This document shows positions 50,713 through 62,171 of a DNA stretch of 64,000 bases, piece by piece (within the stretch, counting starts at the first letter, position 1; the number at the start of each line of letters is the position of its first letter). The notes under the pieces were generated by a model, which ran no database searches, was not told where the DNA came from, and worked only from the letters and a program-made list of their open reading frames with translations. The stretch is from contig NC_057719.1 in NCBI RefSeq assembly GCF_004010195.1, forward strand, positions 76,912,702 to 76,976,701, read 5' to 3'. Position numbers and translations under genes: made by a program. Source of the DNA: Chiloscyllium plagiosum (taxonomy: Eukaryota).

Positions 50713-52849
50713 CATGGATAAGTGAGAGATTATCCATCTTGGTTGGGGAAAAACAAGGCAAGTTATTATCTAAATGGAGAAAAACTTCAAAATGCTTTGC
50801 TGCAGAGAGATCCCAGTATCTTTGTGCATGAATTGCAAATATGCTTTCCAGTAGGTAATAAGGAGGGTGATTAGAATTTTGACATACTCCATTACTTTAA
50901 TAATGAATAACAGTAAGGATGTATTGTTGCAACTGTACAAGGCATTGGTGAGACCATAGCTGAAGTACAGTGTACAATTTTGACCCCTCGCTTGAGGAGG
51001 AATGTATTTACTTTGGAGACAAGGTCAGAGAATGTTCACTAGATTAATTCCAAAGATGAAAGGTATGTCTTATGAAGGGAGATTGTATAGTTTTGGACAA
51101 TGCTTGCTCGACATGAGAATGAGAGGAAATCTAACTGAGTTATATATGATGTTAAAGGGGATTGATGAAGTAGACGCAGAACAAACATTTCCCCTTGTGG
51201 GCAATCCTGAATGAGAGGTAATAATTTTAATTAAGGGGTGGCAGATTCACAACAGATAGAGAGGAATTACTTATATCAGGGGGTCGAGAGTGTGTGGAAT
51301 TCACAATCTAAGTGCAGTGTGTACTGGGACAGGAAATAAATTTGAGGAAATTAATGGACTAAAGGATTGTGGGGAGTGGGCAGGAAAGTGGAGCTGAGGT
51401 TGACATGAGATCAGCCATGGTTGTAATAAATGGTAGAGCAGGCTTGAAGGCCTGAAATTGTTTACTTCTGCTCCTTATGTTCTTAATATTAGCAGTCATC
51501 TAATTCTCTCCAAACCTCAATCCTCCACAAAAAACATATCCAAGATCTTTTTTTGGAGGACGCTTCTACTCTTAGCTTCTTCTATTTTACTTTGGGTAGC
51601 TGTAGTTCTGGTTGATCATCCTTGTCCATTTCTCTTGTCTGTCGCATATTCTTTTTACAATTCTGCAGCATTTAAATGTCACCACTGGTGTTTTCCTACC
51701 TTGTCTTGATCCCCTTTTCTTTCAAGCAGTCTAATCATTTTCGTTCATGTCATCACACACCCTTCTATGGCACATCATTTCAGTCTCTCTTTTTAGCTAC
51801 TTTGCTGATGCTTCTAAAATCCTCATTGGTTCTTTATGTGCTGGATCTAATTTTTACAGTCCTGTGTACTCAGAATGCAAATTTAGCAAAACTATCACAG
51901 GCAATGATCTTGACGACTTCAATAAATGTTTTATCATTTTAATCTCATATAATGTAAAGTTTTATTGTGGCGGTATTGCTGGACCAAAAAATGGTAAGCT
52001 TGAGGTGTATGTGTCTGTGTGTGTGTGTGTGTTGAGAGAGAGTGATGCACCATGTACAACCTGGTAGGCATTGACTATTGATTACTTTTTATACTGGAAA
52101 ACTATTAAATAATGAAATTGGACTTTCAAACTGTTTTGTCCATTTCCGGTCTGAAATGGATGACCTCTCACATTCCTGAATTGAGCAATATTTGCCATAG
52201 TTTTACCAGATGCATTAATTTATCTTGGCCATTTTGGTAATTTTCAGCTTCTATCCACAAAAATACTCTGGTTCCTTATTTAGTACCATTTGAAAACTTG
52301 CACTTCTTCATTCAAGTCAATAATAATTAGAAAAGTTGAGCCCCAAAACAGCTACTCTAGGTCACGAATACAAAGCCATTCTTGTGGTTGCTTGAAGTCT
52401 GAAGTAATAGTTCTGTGAAAGATCACAGATTTGAAAGGTTAACTATATATTTCTCTTGGTGAATGCTGCCTGGTTGTCTGGTATTTCCAGAAATTTGTTT
52501 TTATCCCTGAGAGCATCACTTGTCATTTCTTGGAATTTGGAGTATACACTTTTTATCCACAACATTTGTCTCCTCCTAATTAATTTCCAAGCCAAGTCAA
52601 AAAGCTAAGCTCTACAACTCTCTTGGGCAGAGCCCTGTTAATGCTTCGAAAAGTCTACACAGAGCCGTCTACTTGTCTGCCTTACCAGTCACCTCAAAAT
52701 TCAACAATGTTAGTCACGCATTACTTCCCTTGAACAAAGTCATATTGACACTCTCTGATCAGCTCAAACTTTAAGTGCTCAGTCCAAATAATACATTCTG
52801 TTAGCTTCACTGCAACTTCTGTTCCTTCCCATAATGTGAAAAATAAAGA

Positions 52850-53115
52850 AAGACCTGTTTTCATTTGCTGTTTCCATGACTACCAGAGATCTCAAAGCAT
52901 TTTAATAAAATAATTTGCTGTTGTAGAGTGATCATTGTTGTTGGAGAGGTGGCAGCCATGCAATCTCTGCATACCAAACAGTAATGACCAAATAATCATC
53001 TTTTTGTGATGTTGATTTGAGGGATGAATATTGGCCAGTGGCCATAACTCACCTGCTGTTCCTCCTAACAGTACCATGAGTTCATGTTCACTGTAAGAGG
53101 CAGATGGTATGTTAT
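52850..53115 (-). mobile_element. Deu-domain SINE, decayed
   Basis: Minus strand reads ctggccaatattcatccctcaaatcaacatcac...gattatttggtcattactgtttgg. Confidence 0.65.
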
Positions 53116-53261
53116 TTAAAGCACAATGCAATATGTTGTCTAAAGAAGTAAATTTCTGAAAGGGTTAATGCTGAGGACTGCCTAATGAACCACCCATTAT
53201 GGTGATGAGCGAGGCAAGAAAAAAAGCTTATGATCTTGAAGGGATAAGAGTACCTTTTGGG

Positions 53262-53818
53262 ACGTTTACACTCCCTTTTTGGTTTTCTTAAAAACCTTCT
53301 CCTTTGCTTTTGGTTGCATTTCATTCCCACACTCCTGATCTTTGGACACCCGCTGCAGAAGGGGGTGGGCAGGTCAGAGGACCTCCTCGTGGGTCTGCTC
53401 CTGGGCCTGGCCAAACTGGCCATAAACAGGTTCAGGCAGAGAGTCGTGGAGGGAGTCATTAGGGCCAACTGTCTGGCCCTCTTCCATGGTTGCGTTCGAG
53501 CCCGGGTGTCCCTGGAGAAAGAGTACACGGTGTCCACCAACAACCTTGAGTTGTTCAGGAAGAGGTGGGCACTGCGGAGTGTGGAGTGCATTATTTCCCC
53601 CTCCAACTCTATTTTGATTTAATCCCTGCCTTCCCCTTCACTTTTTTTTGATCACCCACCATTGCCCTTTGTTGAGAAGGGCACCGCTTGTCACTGGCCA
53701 CTCTGGTGTTTCCTTTCTTTCTGGTGGTGGAATATAAATAAAGATTTATGCACTTGTTCTTCACTGTGTCCTACACCTGCGCAATGACTGTTAAAAAGAA
53801 AAACAAAGGAAAAAACAA
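53262..53818 (+). mobile_element. Tx1/L1-clade retrotransposon 3' end
   Basis: Open frame RLHSLF...LLIFG...LLLGLAKLAI.R.R...F..RW to a stop at 53622. AATAAA at ~53737, A-rich tail, and an 11/13 direct repeat at 53249-53261 and 53819-53831. Confidence 0.75.
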
Positions 53819-55019
53819 AGTATCATTTGGGTGTTCAACATTGTCTTGTAACAATGTGCGTTATGTTAATATAACATCCATGATTGCTATCCATGCAATA
53901 AACTTCATCTTGTTTAAGACAAAAGCCTCTTGTTAGGCTGCCATGTGGTTTTCCTCTGCTGCAGTAGGCCCTTTAGATCCCTAACCTGAAAGAGGATGGC
54001 GGCAGTGAATCTACCACAATGATCAGTGGCGCAGAGAGTTCATACATATGATGAGCGATGGTACATTTGCTTCTCTACAGTGTGTCCTCCATATTATGGT
54101 AGCAGCTTTAATTTTTGAGTACATGCTTGGGTTGGGCCTCAAAGCATGTACTTTGACTCAGGCAAAAGTGCTACTAACTTAGAGCTCTCACGTGGTGAAA
54201 TTGTGACCCGAGGATGAAGAGTTATCAATTTCTGAGTGAAAAATTAAGGGATTCTGTTTGTATAATTAACATAGCTGGAAACCATTAGTTTCTCCATCAA
54301 TGTTTATAAAAAAACTTGTATTGTGTACAATAATGACTTCCCCGTGATTCATTTTTATTTCCATTTCAGGCATGTTGTTATCTTTTTTTGACTATGATAG
54401 CATACAAAGTACTCACTTACTACATCTGTCATTAACTTGTTATCTATATAGATTGATGTGGCTATTCCCTAAAGGCCGAGTTCCTGATTTTAAAGCACGC
54501 TTTATATTACTATGCTGCTATTACCTATGATATATATTTCATACATTTTGGTTAAATTTGTCGACTAACCTTTTTAACTGATAGAAATAGAGAAACTGTT
54601 GTCAATGGAGCAATCTACCCTGTGCTTCTAGTTGACTTGCTGGAGATTAAAGGTTGGCTTCAAATGTAAATGTGGGTCAATTACTTAATTTAATATGGAG
54701 ACAAGAATTCTTTTCTCTTAGTAGGTGATAGGTATTTGAAACAGTATTTTGTAGAATGAGCTGGAGGCAGCATCGCTGTTTTTAAGGCAGAGGCAGATAA
54801 CTCCTGACACTCTTGTTAGTTGAGAATGTATCAGAGGAGATTTGGAATGTAGGTGTTGTGGCCACAGTCAGATCAGCCATGATCTTATTGAATGGTGGAA
54901 CAGGCTTGATGACCTGCTTCTGCTTCTAATCTTTGTTTGTCTTGCCTTGATGCCGAGTCATTCTGATCCTGTCAACATATTTATAAAAGCTTTTACTAGT
55001 GGTCTTTATATTGCAAGTT

Positions 55020-55370
55020 TTCATAAAAGTCATAAAATCTCTACAGTGTGGAAACAGGACAATTTGCCCAATGCTGACCTTCCGAAGAGTATCCCACGCA
55101 GACCCATTCCCCTAACCCATTACTCTGCATTTCCCCTGACGAACTCATCTAACTCAAACATGCCTGAATACTATGGGCGATTTACCATGGCCAATTCACC
55201 TAACCTGCGCACCTTTGGACTGGAGGAGAAAACCTGAACATCCGGAGGAAAGCCACGCAGACAGGGAGAATGGGCAAACACCACACAAACAGTCACCTGA
55301 GGCTGGAATCAAACCCGGGTCCCTGGTGCTGTATGTCTGCAGTGCTAACTGCTGAGCTGCTGTGCAGCCC
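55020..55370 (-). mobile_element. HE1-like V-SINE
   Basis: Same architecture as 20315-20640. Confidence 0.8.
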
Positions 55371-55859
55371 TCTTTTTGGAATTCTTATACTTTTTGTGAT
55401 TCTTTCATTTCTATATTTCTCCTTGTCTGCTGAATAACCACTTTCATTAGCTGTTTCATAAGTAACTTCCTTTTGTCTAACCTGCCTCTAAAGGTTGGCA
55501 ATGATTGAACGATGTTTTAAGTGGAATTTTTACTTCTCTGAAGTATGTTTTGGCCTAGCCTCCCACTTTGTTTTTCTCTGTGCATTTAGTTTTTAGTAGC
55601 TCAGTCTTGCTGAGTGTTTTCAGTTTGCAATATGAACACAGTGAATGCAAACAGAATGGCCCTTTCAACAATGGGTTTCTAGAAAAAAGAATTGCATTTA
55701 TATAGTGCCTTTCAGAGCATCAGATTTTCCCAGTGAAATTCCACAAATAGCAATTTAGTTATAGGCAGATTAGCTGCTTCAGTGATGTTGATTAAGCAAT
55801 ATGTAGATGACTTTCTTCACTTCTGTGGGATAATTTCCTCCATCCTTTAGACTTTATTT

Positions 55860-58090
55860 CAAATGGAATGCAAAAGCTTCTATAAGTAAGTAAAATTGAA
55901 ACTATTAATGCAGACAAATATAGACCCTTATAATCTGAAACCGGAAAATTGATACCGGAGAATAAGAAAATAAACTACTTTACTTCTGACTTCAGAGAGA
56001 TGGTAGGGAAGCAAATACTTGATAGGAACAAGGAATTGAAAGACACTATTACTCTGTTATGACACTGGGTAAACCCTCCTGCTAAATTTAAAACCAGCAA
56101 CACAAAGATTTATCCTGTGCAGTAATCTGTTAAAAAAAAATTGAGTGGTTAAGAAGTATTTTAAAGTAAAAATCAATAACTTTATTCTCTGTTATATTGA
56201 AGAAATAATTAACTAACAACTATTTACCATTTCTTTCTTTAACCTATCTTTTACCTTCCCTTCTATAATACTAGTCTGATAAAGCTCCCAATTAAGATTT
56301 ACAAAACCACACTTACTATCTCAAAACTAGGCAGCTTTCGGTCTTCTATTCGGGTCTTTCTTTTGTCTTTTCTTTTTCGTAGGATTTCTGTATCACCGAT
56401 TACTGACCGATAAAGGAACTTTTAAGAGAGAGGTTTTTTTTTAAGCCCTCTGATACATGCTGTGACTTGGCAGTTCTCTTCTTGACTGTTCAATTTTCCC
56501 CCGGTCTTATACCCCACAGCATCGGATTGTGTCATTGGCTTTTAAGGTTATCAATATACTCAATTCAAAATTGATTGGAAATTGGTGTTTTTATCAGGGT
56601 ATAATTTGAACTGTTTGGCCGAATTCAAATTTATTTTTGTCTCCAGGCAACGAACTACTCGAGTTATTCAATCCAGTATTACATACATTGTTGCCTTATT
56701 GAGAACACTTGGTGCTGTGTCTGGTAGTTCTGCTGCTTTTAACTCTCTCATAGGTATACCCACATCTTCATAACAATTCGCAAAAAAGAAATGCTGGAGA
56801 AATTAATGGGTCTGAAAGCTGAAATCCCTATGGCTTGATAACCTACATCCCAGGCTGCTCAAGGTGGAAATAGTAAATATGTTAGTTGTTATCTTCCAAT
56901 AGTCGAGGCAGATTGGAGAGTGGCAAATGTAACCCCACTATCTGAAAAAAGGGAGGAAGGGAGAAAACTGAGTTGTAAACCAGTTAGTCTAACATCAGTT
57001 GTAGGCAATATGGTGTAATCTGTTATAAACAAAGTGAAATTAGAACACTTGGAAAATACCAATAGAATGATGCATAGTCAATGTGGATTTATGAAATTAT
57101 AAGAGATAAATGTATCGTTTTTTTTTTTGAGGACCTAACCAGTAGAATAGCTAAGGCAGAACTAGTGGATGTGGTGTACTTTGATTTTTGGAAAACTTTG
57201 GATAAAGTCCTATAATAACTTGAACTATTCACAACATATAGCATTGTATTGGATGAGGGACTCCAATACAATGTTTTCAAGTTTGCGAATGACACAACTG
57301 AGTGGGATTGTGAGTTGTAAGGAGGATGTAAAGCGGGTTCAAGGTGATTTAGAGAAGTTGAGTGAGGAGGCAAATGCATGGCAGGTGCTGTATAATGTAA
57401 ACAAGTGTGAATTTGTCCACTTTGGTAGGAAGGGGAGAATGGCACATTATTATTTAAATGATAGCTTGGGAAATGTTGACATGCAAACGGACCTTCAACA
57501 CTAGTCACTGAAAGCAAGCATGCATGAGCTGTAAGCTTTTGGGAAGGCAAATGATATGTTGGTTTTCATTTCAAGTTTTCCGTACAAGATTGTGGAAGTC
57601 TTATTGTAGCTGCACGAGGCCTTGGTGAAACCACACGTGGAATGATGTGTGCTGTTCTGGTCAACTTACCCAAGAAATTATTTACTTGCTATTGACTGAC
57701 TGCAGCAAAGTTCCACCAGACTGATTCTTCTGATGTCAGGGTTTTCAAACGAAGAATGATTAGGTCAACCTGGCTTGTGTTCACTGGACATTAGAAGAAT
57801 AAGAGGAGATCTCAATGAAACATACACATTCTGACAAGGCTGGGCAGGTTAGATGCAGGGATGATGTTTCCTTTGACCAGGAGATCTCAGGATACAGTTT
57901 AGGCCAATTTGAACAGAGATCAGGAGAAATCTCTTCACTCAAATGATGGTGAACCCATGGAATTTTCTGCCACAAATAGCTGAGAGGTCAAATCAAAGAT
58001 TATAGGACAAGAGGATCAGCTGTGATCATGCTGAATGGCGGTGTAGACTCTGAACTAAATAGCCTACTCCTATTTTTTATGTTTCTAAAT
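55860..58090 (+). mobile_element. Old CR1 ORF2/3' remnant interrupted by a solo LTR
   Basis: Decayed RT and C-terminal motifs on both sides of 56055-56775. Confidence 0.8.
56055..56775 (-). mobile_element. Solo LTR (721 bp)
   Basis: Termini TGTTATGA...TCATAACA form a perfect 8-bp inverted repeat. 4-bp flanks ACTC/ATTC. Minus strand has TATAAG (~56507-56512) then AATAAA (~56181-56186). Confidence 0.8.
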
Positions 58091-58107
58091 AGTTGCAAGA
58101 TTTGAAT

Positions 58108-58438
58108 TATAGCAAACTGGCACCTATGGGACTAGGAGTGTGCCAGTTTATCAAATATTCCGGTTGATCAAGGGGTCCACGTAATATAAAAGCACACACT
58201 AAAGTAATAGAAACGTAAAGGAGGGGGTGTACACATCACTATTATCCTTTTTATTTACAGCATAAATCACTTAAATAATAATGTAACTTTGCCTTAAATA
58301 AAGCTTGATGGCAGAGAGCTTTCTCACACGCACCCTCAATTGATTAGTTGGACATCATGATAGTACAGTATTTCAGGTATATAATTTTTGCCGATTTTTG
58401 CTGGTTCATAAGGTGCTGGTTAAACAAAGTTTGTTGTA
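58108..58438. mobile_element. Possible Tigger/pogo-type MITE
   Basis: TA-flanked partial TIRs (tatagcaaac...gtttgttgta) and internal tggcac/gtgcca inverted motifs. Confidence 0.45.
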
Positions 58439-58439
58439 T

Positions 58440-59485
58440 TTAGAGTCATAGAGGTTTACGGCATGGAAGCAAGGTCTTCAGCCCAATGTGCCCATTCTGC
58501 TCAGTTTTCACAATTAATGTTGTCACATTTGTCTGCATTTGGTTCGTAACCGTCCATACCTATCCTATCCATGTACCTGTCAAATGTTTCTTAAATGATA
58601 AAATTGCATTTGCCTCTACCACTACATCTCGCAGCCTGTTCTAGACATTCTGTACCCTCTCTATAAAATATTGCTCCTCTGGACCGTTTTGTATCTCTCC
58701 CCTGTTACCTTATAAACCGATTGCCTTCTAATTTTAGACTCCCCTACCCATGGGGGAAAAAAACTGTTAGTTATCTATCTTATCTATGACTATAAGGTCT
58801 ATAAGGTCACCCCTTTTGTCTCCTGTGCTCCAGCAGAGAAAGAAAAACTCCCAGCTTATCCTGCCTCTCCTTATAACTCAAATCTTCCAGTCCAAGTATC
58901 ATCGTCATAAATCTTTTCTACACTTTTTAATGGTTTAATAGTATCCTTTTTGTGGTAGAGCAACCAGAACTGCCTGCTGTACTCCAAATGTGGCCTTACC
59001 TATGTTTTGTACATTTGCAACAAGTCATCCAAACTCTTATACTCAATGCTCTGACCAATGAAAGCAACAATGCCGAAAGCTGCCTTCACCACTCTGTCTA
59101 CCTGTGACTCCACTTTCAAGGAGCTATGAATCTGTACCCCTGGATCTCTTTGCTCTAAAACACTCCCCAGGGCTCTATTGTTGACCAAGTCTTGCCCTAG
59201 TTTGCTCTACCAAAATGTGACACCTTGTATTTATCTAAATTAAACTCCACCTGCCATTCCTCAGTCCTCTGGCCCAGTTGATCAAGATCTCGTTGTATTC
59301 CCAGATAACCTGCTTTACTCTACCACAAATCTTAGTGTCATCTGGAAACTTAATAACCATACCTCCTAAATTCTCATCCAAATTATTTATATAAATGACG
59401 AATAACAGTAGAACCTGCACCAATCCCTGTAGCACACTGCTGGTCACAGGCCTCCAATCTGAAAAACCCTCTACCACCACCTTTT
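58440..59485 (-). mobile_element. CR1 3' fragment
   Basis: W.PVTS.V.QG, KFPDDTKI and EQRDPGVQIHSSLKV remnants, with tail tagagtcatagag. Confidence 0.85.
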
Positions 59486-59519
59486 GGTCTTCTACCTTTG
59501 ATTTATCTTTTTGAGGCAA

Positions 59520-59633
59520 TTAGATTAGATTTTTTTAGATTAGATTAGATTAGATTACATTACAGCGGGAATTGAACCCGGGTCTCAGGCGCTGTGAGGC
59601 AGCAGTGCTAACCACTCTGCCACCGTGCCGCCC
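59520..59633 (-). mobile_element. Minimal HE1-like SINE: tRNA head fused directly to a (TAATC)n tail
   Basis: GGGCGGCACGGTGGCAGAGTGGTTAGCAC...GGGTTCAATTCCCG then CTGTAATG(TAATC)n. Confidence 0.85.
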
Positions 59634-61951
59634 ACGATAAAAAATGTAGTATTCAGTTGTACTAAAATGACTTTAAATGCTATAATACGCATATGAGATG
59701 AAAAGGTAAAAATTGCATTTGTGTAATTGCAATTGCTAGATATTGCACTAAATAGTAGATCTATGAAGTAGTACTGCAAAAAATTATATCTTGAATTATT
59801 AAGTTGAATGTTTAGTTGGTTTTCCAGGTGGGACTATTTTTTTCACAAGGTGTATCCTAATAGAAATAAAGGCACTAACAATATTTTTGTACTATCAGAT
59901 AATTAATGGACAGAGGATTTGACAGATGGGAAGAAAGTTTGGTTCCTTGAAGAGCTACAGCTCACAGCATGAGAAAAGTCATAGGATTTGTATGCATTTT
60001 AGGTAGTGCCTTGTGGTGTCAGTTCAAAGTGTTGAACGTGCTTCATATCATGAAATAGTTTGAAATCAGATACTATTGTTACATAAGCAAGAATGAGAAC
60101 TGTTAGAAAAATGCTTTGATTGCTATTGCAGTTAAGATTTTACTGGAAACACTAACTTCCGCTTCCAGTGTCTCCAAAGCATTGCTTACGATCCATGGAA
60201 TGTGACTAATTCCTCATTATGTAATCTTAGACTACAGGTGAGTGGCTAAAAAAGCAAATCTACTTGTTGAGGTTTGTTTTTGTTGCAGTGGTCTAAATTC
60301 CAGCTCCTTGTAATTCTTTCTCCTGAGTCAATATACTGCAGGTATTTCAGTTGTTATTCATAAATTGATCTTTGATCTGATATTTTATGAAATTAATGAG
60401 AAATGCAAGAGGTGTCCTATTAAGCTGGAGTGATAATGAGGAGAATCCATGGAAACACTGATAGCATGGTTGATGTCAAAATAAAAAGATTTATAGTTTC
60501 CTTTGTTGCTGTAATGTTTTAAATGTCGGAAGAGGTCCCCCCGAGATGTAAGACGTGTAAGCTGGTACAACCAAGTATCAAACCAAGGAAAAAGAACTGT
60601 GGGAAATTGATGAATAGATCTTAAATAGAGAACAATCTTAAAGGAGAGGATGGATGAACATGTTGTGGAGTTTGGGAAGGGAATTCTGCATTCTCAGTAG
60701 CTGAAGGTCTGGCTGGTTTGCCGTTTGGAGAAAGGAGAGGGGAAAACATACTTCAGAATTAATACCAAATGAGAGAGAACTGCAGCATCCCAGCTATGCT
60801 TGGTCTTCACCCTAAATGAGTGAATTGGATTGAAAATGTTGAATTGTTTAATTAGGACATGACGCGTTTGTGCTTTTCTTTATAAGATTGAAAGGATGTT
60901 GTGATACTTGGGTGTGATTCCTTAATATGTTTTTCTTTTATAGGATTTCAGAGGTATTAATATCTGTGCACAGTAAAAAATCCCTTGTTATACAGCATCT
61001 CTTTGCAGGAATTAGAAGTAGAGGCAGAATTATCTATATGCAATAACAAATCTCCTAATGTGTGTGCACTATTGAAATTTCCAGACCAGCATTGGAGACC
61101 ATGAACCCCTTTAGTTGGATACCTAAAGTTATCATGTAATCATTATATATCATATCATTGTATCATGTAATTGTTGCCACTCAATCGGCTGACTCTTCTA
61201 TTCCCCAACTAAAAAGGATGAAAGATTTTGCAGTGTCTGGTAGTGACAAAGCTACATCCTTCATAATTGCAATTGTAAAATTCTTGCAAGTGATTTTAAG
61301 AGCTGACCACTGTATTGCAGTTAGTAACTTGCTCTGAAACGTTTGAGTGATATTGCTCAGTGAAAATCACATATCCTGGTGCCAATGATAATTAGTTACT
61401 CATGTAACTTGTGTCCCCTTCTGCATTATTTTGCCTTTGAGTTCAAACTTTCCATTGCCTTCTGTTCCTTCTCTACCATGAGTAAATGGTAGAGAGACTT
61501 GATGGGGCAAATAGTCTAATTCTGCTCCAATATTTTATTGGGTTATAGTCGAACCGGTTTTTTAAAACTGCAAGCTTTCGGACCTTCTCTTGTAGCTATC
61601 TTTTAATCAACCTGTTAAGACATGTTATGACAGCTACCTCAGGAAGATCTGAACCCAGGTCTTCTGGAGCACTACAGATGATTTTAGTAGTCCTTCATTT
61701 ATTCGTGTTATACGTTAATGATCTGGACAAAGGAACTTGAAGGTATTATTGCTAAGTTTGCAGATAAGACAAAGCTAGGTGGAGGGTCAGGTAGTGTTGA
61801 GACAGGAATGATGCAGAAGGACTTGGATAGGCTCAGAGACTGTATTCCATCTGCCACTTTTTTGCATAATGTCCGAAAGTGATCTACCTCTCTAACTTCA
61901 AATAATGTTGATCTTGCTTTGTGCACCTCCTGTGCAGCTGTAACCTTGTAT

Positions 61952-62171
61952 AACACATATATCTAGATGCCATCTATCAACCCCTCAGAAAACGAACAGG
62001 AAATGACATCACCACAAACCCCAGGAATCCCATCCAGGAGAAAGATATAAATAGAAAGCAGGAGACAACAGCTTCGCTTCACTTGGAGGTCACCACTGAT
62101 GATGTTACCTAGTCAGGTAATGAAACGTCTGGATATCAAACCGACAGCTCAGCGAGCAAACCTACACCCTA
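61952..62171 (+). mobile_element. 220-bp Penelope-like 3' fragment with a 10-bp TSD
   Basis: AACCTTGTAT at 61942-61951 and 62172-62181. Frame HIYLDAIYQPLRKR resembles a PLE ORF C-terminus. Contains a hammerhead. Confidence 0.85.
62093..62132 (+). ncRNA. Minimal type I hammerhead ribozyme motif
   Basis: CCA-CTGATGA-T-GTTACCT-AGTC-AGGTAAT-GAA-ACGT-C-TGG: helix I CCA/TGG, 7-bp helix II, core boxes CUGAUGA and GAAA, palindromic ACGU, GUC cleavage triplet. Confidence 0.8.

Larger units (their letters stand above)
48450..51485 (+). mobile_element. Old long CR1 ORF2 remnant hosting two younger antisense CR1 insertions
   Basis: Collinear decayed ORF2 from NYIGVRTDLALMDW through RT to a 3'UTR ending cttatgttctt. 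Confidence 0.85.

Noticed and set aside
53112..53622. Independent small genes (164-aa minus, 121-aa plus)
   Set aside because: The plus frame is a retrotransposon ORF C-terminus with tail and TSD. The minus frame is its antisense shadow.
59566..59633. tRNA gene
   Set aside because: Lacks a complete acceptor stem, is joined to a SINE tail, and matches the HE1-like heads elsewhere in the window.
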